A DNA stretch of 63,039 nucleotides, filler included, from Globobulimina sp. (Eukaryota), in assembly GCA_003354225.1 (NCBI GenBank). It is 28 parts of 28 records of this genome, joined end to end, with 100 filler letters (N's around TTAATTAATTAA, not from the genome) between each part and the next. Parts side by side here need not be neighbours in the genome. Positions count along the whole stretch, not along the records: positions 1 to 2,157 come from PIVH01008566.1; positions 2,258 to 4,413 come from PIVH01008567.1; positions 4,514 to 6,669 come from PIVH01008568.1; positions 6,770 to 8,925 come from PIVH01008569.1; positions 9,026 to 11,181 come from PIVH01008570.1; positions 11,282 to 13,437 come from PIVH01008571.1; 22 more parts are not named here. One strand, given 5' to 3'. Each line of letters starts with the position of its first letter. The first letter of the stretch is position 1. The position numbers were made by a program, and so were the translations under genes. This document shows, one piece after another, positions 1 through 12,527 of this stretch. The notes beneath the pieces were generated by a model. It was not told where the DNA came from, made no database searches, and was given only the letters and a program-made list of their open reading frames with translations.

Positions 1-1078
1 TCGCCATCGCCATTTAAGGATTGTATCCAATATAGTTTGCTTTGTTTAGTTAAATAAACATCGCAAATTTCACCTAATTTCTCAGGGAATATTAATAAAA
101 ATCTATTGTCTGCGGATAATCGACATTCCCAATGAGCCAACATAGCATTATACACATTTTGTGGCGACTCCCGTGACGTTGTTTGTGGTGATGTTATGGA
201 TGGGAATGGCAACGAAAGCCATTTATACAATAAATGATTCTTTGTATCTGCTCGAATTAATTCTATTTTATAATCCATATCGATATCCATTTCTTTTTCC
301 TCTTCTTTTTTTGTGTCGGTAATTTTTAATTGTTCCAGGTTTGCATACGGATTATCAGCGGAAAACGTAAAATCAAAATCAAAATTCTGTTTTGGTTGGG
401 GAGTATTTAATGAAATTAGTGAATCTGTTTCAAAATGACCCTCCATAAATAACTCAGCGATATGATGATCAGACGTTAATTCTATTTTTGTCCCGGAAAT
501 AAATTCAAATATGCAATTGAATAATGTTTCAAGTTCAACATCAATTTTATTATCATCTGTATCTGTATCCATTTCTTGTTTATCTGATAATGCATTATTA
601 TTATTATTTGTGTTATTAATAAATTGAGAAAATATTATTCGGCATTGAGTGCAATAGGATTTAAATGATAACCACCAATACGAATTTAATTGCGCTTGAT
701 CTTTTATTTGAAATTCTTGCTGAGCCAAATCAACAATAGCAATTATATTATTATTATGAGAATTATACGAATCAAGGGTCGGATGCAATGCTATTACATT
801 CGGATAATTTGGGTATCGTTCAATTTCATTCTTTATTTTTATTTCATTTGCAATCAACGATCCAACCTGAATTAAATCAGTTCATTAAAACAATAGATTC
901 TCGCATCAAATACTAAACTGAGTCCATGAGAGTTAGTTAATCGTGGAGGATGAAGCGAAAATTGAAATAAAGTTAACTTATTAAAAATTCTTCTCAATGT
1001 TGAGCGGAGCGGACTTAGCGGAGATCGTTTCTGTGCAATTGTTATCCACTCGAAAGCTGCAATCGAATCAAATGACAT
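1..1078 (-). CDS. Hypothetical protein, 3'-partial, one short intron
   Basis: MSFDSIAAFEW... exon, then a roughly 47-nt GTATTTG...TTCAG intron near 868-914, then a stop-free frame (VGSLIANENKIKNEIERYP...) running off the contig start. The second exon is missed by the ORF track. Confidence 0.6.
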
Positions 1079-1420
1079 ACAAATAAAATAAACCAATCAC
1101 ATTTTCATTCTGTAATTGCAAACTCAACAATCAAAATAATAAATTAAACCTCTATATTGTAAAAATTATTTTATCAGCAGACAAATGTACATTTGTTGCT
1201 GGAATAATAATAATAATAATAATAATATATTGTTACAATAACAAGAAAATTAAACTAAAACATTTCAATACAAATGCAATTAATCCACAAACACACATTT
1301 ATACTCACCACAAACTAAAAATAGAAAACAACAAAATGTAAAAAAAAGAAACGAAAAGAAACGAAAAGAAAAGAAAAAAACATAATTATTAAAATAATAT
1401 ATAATTAACATATTATTGAT

Positions 1421-2157
1421 CTATATATCATGGGGCATATAAATAGTGTGCAAACGCTCATTTTGTTCAGTTTCATGATCAGTTATCGGCGTCGTGTCAT
1501 TTACTTTGATACAATTATATGTTGACTCATTTTTTATTTTTAATAAATTTATATTTTTGAATGATTGTTGAACAGCAACGTCTTCATTGCTAGGTGTCTG
1601 TGCTCGCGCCATTAACATATCATCCTCCATATCCTCCCCCTCATCGCCGTATTCGTCATCATCATCGTCATAGTCCTCAAGCGTAGTAGTCATAGTCGTA
1701 TGAGTATGAGTGTGACTGCTGGACTTTAATTGGATATCGATCATCGAAGAAGAACCACCCACTTCAGACCCACGCACACCGCCTACACACATATCATCCT
1801 CATCGAGCGCATCATCGTCGATGTCATGGGTAACAATTGTGTCCATATCGTGGGTGTGTTTATTAACGAAGAGGCATAATTTTGTGAATCCGCTATTTTG
1901 GTATTTATGATTAAAGTCATCGTCTAAGTTCTCAATGAAGCCACATAAGCGTAAGATAGAGCCAATAATAAATATAGTACTCGCATTTAGCACGCCATAA
2001 AACATGGGTACACCAACCGCAATGTCGGCGGAATATCTATCCATAGTCAATAGTATGATGGCAATCGCTAAGCCAACATTTTGATTCGCACATTCAATGC
2101 AAACAGTAATGCATTGATTGTTTGGTAGTTGACATATAAAATAGGACAGAACGAATG
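1421..2157 (-). CDS. Bile acid:sodium symporter (SLC10/SBF) family, C-terminal part with acidic tail
   Basis: The frame is open to the contig end. QCITVCIECANQNVGLAIAIILL...VGVPMFYG matches the SBF 'TxxIExGxQNxxLA...P..Y' motif. Confidence 0.8.
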
Positions 2158-2257
2158 NNNNNNNNNNNNNNNNNNNNNNNNNNNNNNNNNNNNNNNNNNN
2201 NTTAATTAATTAANNNNNNNNNNNNNNNNNNNNNNNNNNNNNNNNNNNNNNNNNNNN
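2158..2257. other. Artificial contig linker (first of 27 identical linkers, about every 2.25 kb)
   Basis: 44 N + TTAATTAATTAA (stops in all six frames) + 44 N. It recurs at 4414, 6670, 8926, 11182, 13438, 15694, 17950, 20205, 22460, 24715, 26970, 29225, 31480, 33735, 35990, 38245, 40500, 42755, 45009, 47263, 49517, 51771, 54025, 56279, 58533 and 60787. Intervening contig lengths fall monotonically from 2157 to 2153. Confidence 0.98.
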
Positions 2258-2742
2258 TGGATGGGGAAATAAGAAAAAAAGGCTTGGTAAACGTAATAAA
2301 AGCAAAGCTAAAGGGAATGCAAAAAGTGGACAGAAAAGGAAAAATGATGCATGATTATGCTTGTTTTTAACTTAATTCCTTGCAAAGAACATGTTGTTAT
2401 TTTGTCCAAATGTTGTATAGCTAATCGATGTACATTGGTGTTGACTGTGAACAGGAGAGCTCCCTATGGTGTGAATTTTATCGATAAACTACGAATAATC
2501 CGTCAAAAGAGTTTTGTACTTGTTGCAAATTTATAATTCCCTTGAATGCAATGTGTGATTTATATTTTGTTGTTTTTTATATTTCGTTTGGTGAAACAGA
2601 TCGCAAACTCACTAAACTGATGGAGAAAAATATTCAAAATAAAACAATAGACATAATATAAACTAATGCAACACAAAAAAGGCAAAATTAAACAAAGCAA
2701 CATATAAAACATATAAACATTTTTTTCCAAATACAATGAAAA

Positions 2743-4269
2743 TCAATCATTAAAATTAGTAAGTTTGTGTAATACATTTAATTCATTTAATAATTGCTTA
2801 TCATTACAATAATTAATTTCTTTTTGAAAATAATTAATAAATTTTTTTAATTTTGTTTTCCATTTTGTAGATTCAATGGAATTCGAATCATTAATTTTTG
2901 GATCATCCTCAATTCTTTGTTTTATAATTTTAATATATCGATAAATTAATATCGATTTCCGAATGCCGATATTATCAAAATAATCATTATTATCATTATC
3001 ATCTATTTTTAATATTAAATTGTGATTAAATTCGTACCATCGACCATCCCTATCTTCAAAACTCATTTCAACGCAAATATTAAATTTGTTGTTATTTATT
3101 AACAATTTATTATTTAATTCAATTAAAATAATACCATTTTTACCCCCATTCCGGATGCTATTTTCTTGTTTTTCGTGGGATAAAAATAACGTATAATTCT
3201 TATAGATTTCACCAGATTGAATCAACAATTTTTGTTTTTTCTCGTTTTTAATTCCATAAATATGATTAAAACAATTTATTGTATTTCTTTTATCTTTTTG
3301 TGACGATTTCAAATTTAAACATAAATCATAAATCAACGGCGTTACAATGTCATCAAATTTATTATTTTTATTTGTCGTTAACTCCAGAAATATTTCCGCC
3401 GATTGTGGACAATAATAATTACATCCTCGATTGCGTAACAAATGGGATATAAACAGCGAATTATACTCGCAGCCACCAACTGATATAAATGAAGTGCATA
3501 TCCTTTCATTTATATCTTCAGAACAATTCTTTATTAAATTGATAAATGACATGCTTTGAGGAATATAATCGGAGATAAATATGATCCGATTATCGTAGTT
3601 ATTGCTCGCATCTCGAAACTTATCAAATAACTTCGAAAATATATCCGTTGAGGATATAAATGCAGATTCAAAATCTATCCCCGATTTCATTGCCGATACA
3701 TCCATGCTATTCATATTCTGATTATTCTTGCAATTATTATTGATGGACGGCCCCGGATTCAATTTATTTATCAATGCCTCACAATTTATGGCAGACACTA
3801 ACTCCAAATGTTGATGTATATTAATACCATGATTATCAAAGGTAATAATACCAATCCTGTCATCGCCATTCAATGTGCTTAATATATTGCCAATTCCTTT
3901 CATGGCATAATCAATTTTGATAATTCCATCCGAATCATTCCAACAATGCCCCATTGACTCACTCCAATCCAAAACAATCACCAAATTCAACTTATTTCTT
4001 TTCTTATTTAATAGCTCACTGTGAATATTCAAGTCAACGGCTACAAAATATTTCATATTATTACCAATATCTCCTTTATAATCATCATCATTTTCATCGT
4101 GATTCCGCACTAAAACATTTTTTATTTTACATTTGGCGAAACTGAATGACGGATAACATAATAACTCTTTATTATTATCACTATTTAATATCCGTTTATT
4201 TTGCTGTAAGTTAAATTTGTACTCATTCAATACATTAAAGTATGAGACCGAGGATAAAGATGGCATCAA
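2743..4269 (-). CDS. von Willebrand factor A domain protein (YfbK-like)
   Basis: LNLVIVLDWSESM (MIDAS DxSxS), DDRIGIITFD, NRIIFISD. Confidence 0.8.
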   Translation of the reverse strand: MMPSLSSVSYFNVLNEYKFNLQQNKRILNSDNNKELLCYPSFSFAKCKIKNVLVRNHDENDDDYKGDIGNNMKYFVAVDLNIHSELLNKKRNKLNLVIVLDWSESMGHCWNDSDGIIKIDYAMKGIGNILSTLNGDDRIGIITFDNHGINIHQHLELVSAINCEALINKLNPGPSINNNCKNNQNMNSMDVSAMKSGIDFESAFISSTDIFSKLFDKFRDASNNYDNRIIFISDYIPQSMSFINLIKNCSEDINERICTSFISVGGCEYNSLFISHLLRNRGCNYYCPQSAEIFLELTTNKNNKFDDIVTPLIYDLCLNLKSSQKDKRNTINCFNHIYGIKNEKKQKLLIQSGEIYKNYTLFLSHEKQENSIRNGGKNGIILIELNNKLLINNNKFNICVEMSFEDRDGRWYEFNHNLILKIDDNDNNDYFDNIGIRKSILIYRYIKIIKQRIEDDPKINDSNSIESTKWKTKLKKFINYFQKEINYCNDKQLLNELNVLHKLTNFND

Positions 4270-4518
4270 ACCGGAATATATTTTATTTCCAAATGGCTCG
4301 ACATCATCTTACTACGCTTCATCTTCTTCTCGCCGCAATAATGACGATATCAAGTCATCCAATCTCGAGGATTGCCCCATATCCCACTTGGGCACATCGG
4401 CAATAAACGTGGTNNNNNNNNNNNNNNNNNNNNNNNNNNNNNNNNNNNNNNNNNNNNTTAATTAATTAANNNNNNNNNNNNNNNNNNNNNNNNNNNNNNN
4501 NNNNNNNNNNNNNCTCAA

Positions 4519-6669
4519 TCAATTGGAATCAACACGTTTACATTTACCAGCAGTGACATGCACAGTACAGCCATTTTTATGTCTGCTGTTTGAAATAATT
4601 GGACAAACCGCATTTGGTATTTGTTTAAAATATCTTCTATTCATAACTAAGATATTATTCCTATAAACTAAACAATATTTTTTATCCATTCTAAATTCAA
4701 ATGTCCATAAATCATTAATCGATATTTTATCCCCAATTTCAATTTCTTTCCCCTGCTTATCCGGTGTATACATTTTAATGTAACATTTCCCGTCTTTTAC
4801 TTCGATGCAATAAGCAAATGGATCACTTGTAACCGGATCAAATCCGTTCATATTTCCTAACGGCAGTTTGTAATAAATATTTCTTTTATGCAATTTTCTC
4901 GAATTTGGTGCATTTTGATGTATTTCAGATTGCAATTTAATTATTTTTTTATATCCATTTGTATTTAATTTATATGTATCAATATTCGATGTCATGAATC
5001 CTAAATAAACCGCACCTTTTCTTTTGTTGCTTTTATAAAACCTGTCAATTTTAAACGACACTGTAAACAATGAATATCTCTTCATATTTATAACATATTC
5101 AACTGCAACTTTACTAAGGCTCGACTCTTTTATCTTGACTTTATTCCTGTGCTTTAAATCGATTTTTGGCTCTGGATTATTGTTACATTTATATTGCGAC
5201 CATCGTAGTTCTAATTTATTTGTTGGAAATTGGTATTTATTGCTCCAAACCCCCCATTCTTTTGATTTGCGATATTTACTTCGAACACGGACAAAATATT
5301 TGCATCCACCGTCTAAAAATCGAATCATAAATGAAAAATCATCATAAATCTCTTTCGAATACAACCACGATTCGTCCTTCTCCTCATCGCTGTAATCATT
5401 GACAATTTCAACTTTATGTCTCCTGCTTTTTTTATTAACACTCTTCTTCTTTTTCTTTGCTTTATTACTGGTCATAAATGAGCCATGGCCGCCTTCTGCC
5501 TCTCCGCTCATTGATTTTTCATCGTCATTCATTTCTGCTTTTTCTTCAATAATAACTTTCCAACACACTTGAAATATAATTTTACATTTTTTCTTTGCTT
5601 CTTTGGCGTCTTTATATTTCGGACCAACTGTTGGCTGCACTGTTGGCTCGATCTTGGAAACTCGTGTTTGTAATTGGTATAAAACACTGTTTAATTTTAC
5701 TTTTTGAGCTTTTTTAACATCTGCTTTTTTTCTTGATTTCTTATATCAAAAACATGTGTTTTAAATCAAAACTTGTCCAATGATATAAAATTAAATAATT
5801 ATAACATACCTTGTGGGCCGAAGACAAAAAGGCAGGTTTTTTTAGATTTAATTTCTTAAAAATTGAATCATTGATATTCCAACAAATTGATATGGAATGA
5901 ACACTATTTAGCAGTAATTTGACATCAGTAATTATTGGCTGATCACAATTGTCAATATATATATGCGTAAATAAATCATTATTTATAGTTTTTAAATATT
6001 TGTCAATATCAAATTTTACCATTGCATTTGTCACCGGTTGTACTGGGCATTTATTGTTTGCGCATAACTCTTTTTCAAATTGAATAATCATTGTTTTTCT
6101 TTGTCTGAGTGATATCGTATTTGATGATGTAATTTCAGTGCATTTTAATTTCGCATCGTCGATTTTTTGTAAATGCCATTGCGTTGTTTCTATTTGATTT
6201 TGTAGCATTTCATATTTGTTTTTATTTAATTTATCTGTCATTAATGTTAATTCAGCTTTTTTATTGACAATATTTTTTAATAAAACATTATCAAAATAAT
6301 GATTAATTGATTTTAATTCAAGGTCACATTTATTTAAATCATTTATACCATTTTGAATGTCGCTAATTAAATTGGACACGTTTTCAAAACGTTTGTATAA
6401 TATATTCATTGCTTGCTGTTCTTCTGAGGATACAATTATTCTTTTGATATCCATATTGCTTTGTTTTTCGATGATTCTGTTGATATTTCGAATAAATCTA
6501 AATTCATCAATACTGTCTAATTCAAATTCACCAGCAATTTGATCGACAGCTTTCTCTGATTTAATAATATCATCAATGCTTTTATAGGCACCAATTATTT
6601 GTTTGATTGATTTGTGTGATAGCTTTATCTGTCGCAGAAATGGCTCAAAATCAATGCTTACTTGCTGCT
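4519..6669 (-). CDS. Coiled-coil + FN3 + SPRY/B30.2-like protein (TRIM-like C-terminus), 5'-partial; intron 5740-5809
   Basis: A 70-nt GT-AG intron joins the two ORFs in frame. FN3 motifs SISICW and LDGGCKYFVRVRS..WGVWS, followed by a beta-rich SPRY-like tail. Confidence 0.7.
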
Positions 6670-6950
6670 NNNNNNNNNNNNNNNNNNNNNNNNNNNNNNN
6701 NNNNNNNNNNNNNTTAATTAATTAANNNNNNNNNNNNNNNNNNNNNNNNNNNNNNNNNNNNNNNNNNNNATTGAATTTTTATTTTCTAATATATGTCGAA
6801 GATGAGCGAATTTGAATTCCTTTATAGTCAGTACTGTCTCTAGTTGAATTATTATTTGTATGGATATGCTAAACGAAACGAAACGAAACGATGATTGAAA
6901 GAGACAAAGAGTAAGGTGCGAGGATTAGGGTAAAGGATATCTTACGTGTG

Positions 6951-8015
6951 TCACTGTGTTACATCAATCCTACACATTGGGCATGTTCTATGTGCTCTTA
7001 ACCATTGATCAATACATGGACTATGAAACGAATGTTGACAAGGTAATATTCGTAATTCTTCGCCATCCTCAAACTGCCCTAAACAAATTGCACAGTTTAA
7101 TCGATTCCCATTACCATTGTTTGCCTCAATATCATTTAAATTATTATTATTTGCATCAAATAATTGAGTTTGCAACTGATTAATTACATTATTTGGTGTT
7201 CCCCGCATACGCATAAAATTATTTGCTATCAAATTCCTATAAATTGATTCAACATTTCGTTGATTCCCAATTTGATTTGGATCGATAAGTCCATTCCTTT
7301 GCAAATTGTCATAAACAAAAGGATTTAAAATACGAATACAACACTGACAAATGAATTGGACAAATAAACGTATTGTAGAAACCCACAGAGATAACACAGA
7401 AATATAATACAATACAGGGGCTTTTTCATGACAATCTTTTGTTTTATTCCAATAATCGAATCCTTGCAATATCCAAAAGGCGTAAATAAAAACTTCTGTT
7501 CGGTTTGAAAATATTTTTTGTAAATATAATCGATATCGACTACGATCTGTATTTGAGATATGATTTGTTGGTAAAAAATATATTAACAATAACAAGGATA
7601 AATATGTTCCACCGAATATTACGGGTAATAATAAATTAATTAATATCCATTTAGCAAAGGGTTGGTCACATTTAGTATTCCAGTCTGTATATAAGGCTAT
7701 GATTTGTGCGATGGATATAAATATCCAAAACGAGCAGATACATCCAATGATGCACATAAAACACAATAATAAAGCATATAATCGTTGGTTTGGACCCATT
7801 TCCACATTTTCTAAATTGAATAATTGTCGCAATCCATTATTATTATTGCCATTGTTATTGTTGATGTTTTCGTTTCCATTATTTAACAATGGATTATTAT
7901 TTCCATTATTTCCATTATCAGAATTCGAATCACTGTTTATAAATGGTTGATTTTCCTCAGTATTGCCAGTCGCATCATTGGACCTATCCCTTCTTCGACT
8001 GATTATTGGAAGCAT
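6951..8015 (-). CDS. Multi-pass membrane RING-H2 E3 ubiquitin ligase
   Basis: [42 protein letters not shown], preceded by 4-5 hydrophobic segments including CDQPFAKW. Confidence 0.92.
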   Translation of the reverse strand: MLPIISRRRDRSNDATGNTEENQPFINSDSNSDNGNNGNNNPLLNNGNENINNNNGNNNNGLRQLFNLENVEMGPNQRLYALLLCFMCIIGCICSFWIFISIAQIIALYTDWNTKCDQPFAKWILINLLLPVIFGGTYLSLLLLIYFLPTNHISNTDRSRYRLYLQKIFSNRTEVFIYAFWILQGFDYWNKTKDCHEKAPVLYYISVLSLWVSTIRLFVQFICQCCIRILNPFVYDNLQRNGLIDPNQIGNQRNVESIYRNLIANNFMRMRGTPNNVINQLQTQLFDANNNNLNDIEANNGNGNRLNCAICLGQFEDGEELRILPCQHSFHSPCIDQWLRAHRTCPMCRIDVTQ

Positions 8016-8659
8016 GCTCGAAGGTGTTCAGACACACGAAAGTGCAAAAACAGTATAAATAGATTAAAAACAGTATTAATAGCTTATAATTTAAACAGTA
8101 TAAATCCGATATTCCGATATTCTGCGAGCAAATTAAATGGTTTAAATGATTGCAAGTACTGCTGACACTATAAATATTAGGAACAGCGAGAAGAAAGTGT
8201 AGTGTTACAAATGAGTGCTTTCACACTGTATAAAATGTAATGTGTTGGATGCTGTTGACAACTTTGATAGCGATGCTTGAGATGATTGTCTGCTGATATC
8301 TAGATTTAATTTACTACCATTTACTTTTACTTTTAATGACAGCTCCAATGTTGTCTCAGCCTTTTGAACATCTGTAACACCATCAATATTACCATCAGGT
8401 TCCTGTGGTTTTGATATTTTTGCTTGTCCTGATTTTAATTTAGTATTTATGTTTTTACTTTTGATGTCAAATGAAGGTTCAGCATTTGCTGCATTTCTAT
8501 ACATTTGCTGCCACATATTATGATTATTATCAACTGGCAATTGTCCATTTTGTAAACCTGCTGTTTTAATAATATAAACATCGATGCTTTTAGCTAATAA
8601 CAAACAGCTAATAGCTATTTGCGAAAAACGAAATGCAAAAAGCGAAATACGAATTACAG

Positions 8660-8805
8660 AAAACAAAATTCGTATTAACCGTACCGAAGATCTCGGGAAC
8701 AACCGGGCGATTACAAACTATCTAAACTCCAGGGGCATTTCATTAGAAACAGCCAAACCTTACTGCAGGGAAGTTTACTACACCGTTAGCGGCCGGGACT
8801 ATTTC
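8660..8805 (+). other. Short fragment resembling a Bacteroidetes mobile-element primase (toprim protein)
   Basis: LGNNRAITNYLNSRGISLETAKPYCREVYYTVSGRDYF resembles the 'YLxSRGI...YCxEVxY...YF' segment of CTn-type primases. No start or end is present. Confidence 0.55.
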
Positions 8806-8925
8806 TTCGACTGTACCTATGAATTTTTGTTTTATAGAGGGTAAATCCACGGTAATACTTTGACCTTGCGTGAGTGTTAACGCGAGTTGTTCGCGTACTT
8901 GTGCCTCTACTCGTAATGACAGCGG
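8783..8925 (-). other. Short fragment of a bacterial RND efflux periplasmic adaptor (MFP) gene
   Basis: Manual translation gives PLSLRVEAQVREQLALTLTQGQSITVDLPSIKQKFIGTVEEIVPAAN, a typical MFP beta-barrel segment. Confidence 0.7.
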
Positions 8926-9026
8926 NNNNNNNNNNNNNNNNNNNNNNNNNNNNNNNNNNNNNNNNNNNNTTAATTAATTAANNNNNNNNNNNNNNNNNNN
9001 NNNNNNNNNNNNNNNNNNNNNNNNNG

Positions 9027-11049
9027 CCCGCGGATAAAACTAAAACTAGTAATTATAAGAAAAGGAAGAACGAGAACCAGTCGACAGCAGAACCAAAAGC
9101 AAAGAAACGGAAATTCGAACAATATGATAGTATCCATGAAAATGCATGGAACAAAGCATTAGCATTAAATCGTGATAAATTATTAAATGTGCCACAATGG
9201 ATAACGTGTAATAAATGTCAGAAGTGGAGAACCATAAAAGTAGCTATCTCCACCATCAAAACATGGCAAGCTCCGTCCAATTGGATATGTGAACCGTCCC
9301 ATTGTAATAAACAAATAAACACAAATACATTGTGTAAATTTGAAAGATTCGTATTAAACATACAGCGGTGTTTAGGTTTGTTAAAAGCCAATATAAACCC
9401 TGCGACTATTGGTAAATTGGAGAAAGAAATTCAAAATTATGGAGAAAACATAGACAAAGGTAATATAATTATTACTGAATCAGAAAGCGAACCAATATTA
9501 AAACCAAAATTAAATAATTTGAACCAATATGCTTATAATCCCAAATTTATGTATTTGGTTATATTTTTTTGTGACTTGTGTGCGCTGTTCATTTCATACA
9601 ATTTTGTGGCAGGTGAATGTCGCACAATCCTTTAATAATTTATATGCGGATGAATTAGCAAAAAAAAAGGATCAATTATCTCAATTATTTGTTGGTGATG
9701 GTTATAAATCGACATCCTCAGAGAAAGATGACATTGACAGTGACAGTGACAGTGACATTAACAGTGACATTGACATTGATATGAGTATGACCCAAAAAAG
9801 AAGAAGAAATAAATTTAAGCAGATGGAAAAAAAAAGGAAAAACCTATTCAACGGAAAACAAATATGCTTTGCTGGCTCTTTTGGACATAGAACTCAAAAG
9901 CATATGAAAAAAATGGTGACAAATTATGGAGGCAAACACATTAAAACATGCCATAAATATAAATGTGATTATTTATTAATGTCCAATTCGAGACATTATT
10001 CAGATGAATACGTCAACAATAACAGCAAATGTAAGAAAGCAATGAAAGATAATATCCCCATTGTCAGAGAAGTGTGGTTATATGACTGCATTGAAAGAAA
10101 TGTATTATTAGACATTCATGGCAAAGACAAAAAGAATATTGATTATATAATATATTTGAAAGAAAAACAAAGTCTCCGTACATGTGTTAAAGAGATGGAT
10201 ATTAACACACATCATAAAACCATTGATAATGTTGCCATATTAAGAAAATTATTATTAACCCCTCAAACACGCGACTTTGGAATGATTATTTATTTCAAGC
10301 AACATTCCAGATATGGTATCGAATGGACAGATAACTTTGAAATTAAATTTATGTTATTTGTGAATGGCAATGATATATATTTACGGAAAATGCGCTGGCA
10401 TTTGGGATCCTGGCATACAATCTCAAAAAAGGCATTTGAAATTCGAGTAGAAAATGATGTGCATTATGTCAACCAAATTGTAAATGCATTTGTTAATTTG
10501 TATCGTGTTGGTAACAGACAAATGATTGACGCAGAGATTGTGGACAAAAGATTTGATTCTGACGCATATGATACAGAATGGGGTCAGTTGACGTTCTCTG
10601 TTTATATCCCACCAAAATATGATAGAAGATATGATAGGAGATATAAATCAGATGAGTGTGAAATATGGAGCAGATTGGTAAATAATACTGGTATACGTGC
10701 CTGGATGATTGATATTGTTGATGAGCATATCGGTGGCTATAATATGGAGAAACATTGGTCGCAAATATTATGGTTTAATAGGGAGTCAGTTTCGACTGAA
10801 ATTCTGATTGAGAGGGAGTCAGCTCACTTAGATCGTCGTCAAGCAGTATGCAAAGAAGGTGAGATTTTAATTAAAGGGATATCAGAGTTATGTGGAATGA
10901 TGCGACCTCAAAACGAACACCAGACGTGGGATGATCGGAAGAATGATTTCCCCAAATCACGGTCTTCAGTGGATAATGAAACGTTTGATAAAGATGCAGA
11001 AACGCATACGCTTGCAAATTGTCGGTATTATATAAAATATGGATGTTGA
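9027..11049 (+). CDS. CW-type zinc finger + BRCT domain protein, 5'-partial; intron 9558-9612
   Basis: zf-CW: WITCNKCQKWR...WICEPSHC. BRCT: LFNGKQICFAG...NYGG...CDYLL...KCKKAMKDNIPIVREVWLYDCI. A 55-nt GT-AG intron joins the frames. Confidence 0.8.
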
Positions 11050-11444
11050 AAACATATTTTTTTGTTGAATCTAATATTTAATTTTTTAGTTTGTTTCATA
11101 ATGTTTGTTGTAGCGACACTCCTTGCACTTGCCACTTGAGTGGTGAATTTAGATTAATATAATACATAATTTACAAAATACNNNNNNNNNNNNNNNNNNN
11201 NNNNNNNNNNNNNNNNNNNNNNNNNTTAATTAATTAANNNNNNNNNNNNNNNNNNNNNNNNNNNNNNNNNNNNNNNNNNNNGTATTGTACATGTAGGTAA
11301 ATTTCATTTTCATAAATAAAACTTCTTATTTTGTTTTCAATGTAATATCGTTCGATTTTTATTATATATCATAACCCCATAAAATTAAACTACAGCTTCT
11401 CAAAGGTCAATCATTTTAGATTAAGTAGGTATAGGAGAAATCAA

Positions 11445-11816
11445 TCACTTTCTTACAAAACAAGCTCGTATAAACGAACTAAAGGAGTCGGTACAAATCA
11501 ATGACGGTTTTGTACTTTTATAACCAAACATCGCAGTGTCGCAATCCCAGTACAGATCTTTGTTTGTTATAACGAATGGTATGAATTGTCTTTTCTTTGG
11601 AATTCTGGTCTGCTTGTGCATTAGGTAAACATGCTGAGAATTCAGCCAACTTCTAACAAAACTCATCGTAACTTCAGTAAAAATTCGTTTCACATAGCGA
11701 TATAACACATGGGGAGTGGAGAAACTAGCAGATTTCGAAATATCATAATATACGGTTTTCAAAAATGATTCTATTTCCTGCTTTCTCACTTGAGACATGC
11801 CACGTTTTCTCGCCAT
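11445..11816 (-). CDS. Polinton-type retroviral-like (rve) integrase, N-terminal part only
   Basis: YYDISKSASFS...LY...VRSWLNSQHVYLMHK..R...WDCD...ICTDSFS matches the c-integrase pattern YYD...SF...V..WL..Q..Y..HK...W..D...ID.FS. The frame stops after the first catalytic Asp region. Confidence 0.8.
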   Translation of the reverse strand: MARKRGMSQVRKQEIESFLKTVYYDISKSASFSTPHVLYRYVKRIFTEVTMSFVRSWLNSQHVYLMHKQTRIPKKRQFIPFVITNKDLYWDCDTAMFGYKSTKPSLICTDSFSSFIRACFVRK

Positions 11817-11941
11817 TCTCTCAAAGAACTATTAAGATGACTCATGTATTGTGGGAGAAGTATTACAAAATAATTTATAGTCAAAAGATAACAAACAAAA
11901 ATAAATAAATAAAAAAAGATCTCATTTTTTATGACTTTGAT

Positions 11942-12306
11942 TCAAGAGCTGCTGCTGTCTTCGTCTCCACCTTTTCTGTCGACCGCATCGAAGTTGTAAG
12001 GTTTAGGTATTTTCCGTTGGAAAATTTCGACAATGTCTGTTACTTCGGTACTTGAATCCTCTTCGCGTTGGGCTTTAATAACGATTTTGCTTTGATCGGT
12101 AATCTTGTATTCAAACATTTCAACTTCCGTGCCTTCCTTGGCAAATTTGATTCGAAACTAAAAATGATACACTTACAATATAAAACAACACAAGCACAAA
12201 CAAACAATACCTTCGGCATGTCAGATTTTTCATTGGAGATCCATGCATTACCAGTGTGGAACGAAGGTCTACCACCACCACGACCAGGAAAACAACCACG
12301 AGACAT
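11942..12306 (-). CDS. Spliced 103-aa hypothetical protein (exons 12306-12211 and 12157-11942)
   Basis: A 53-nt GTATTG...TTTTTAG intron separates exons of 96 and 216 nt, giving MSRGCFPGRGGGRPSFHTGNAWISNEKSDMPK|FRIKFAKEGTEVEMFEY...DEDSSSS*. Confidence 0.65.
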
Positions 12307-12369
12307 AGTGATGAAAGCGTAAAATAGTAATTCGAGCAATAATATCACAGTTGATTTCAACAAGCGCTT

Positions 12370-12445
12370 AATATATAAAGATTAAGAGAGGGGCACGCCT
12401 CAACATGATAAGTCACGTGATATGATGACATAGATGACGTCAATG
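12370..12445. promoter_or_regulatory. Divergent promoter region with E-box (CACGTG 12414-12419), CRE (TGACGTCA 12435-12442) and TATA-like run (about 12372)
   Basis: The exact motifs lie between the divergent ATGs at 12306 (-) and 12528 (+). Confidence 0.45.
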
Positions 12446-12527
12446 TAGTGTCGCAATACTGAGCATCGGGCGAAGTGATGCTATCAGTGTTTACTGTTTG
12501 TCTGTTTATGTCCTGTGGTCTTTCATT

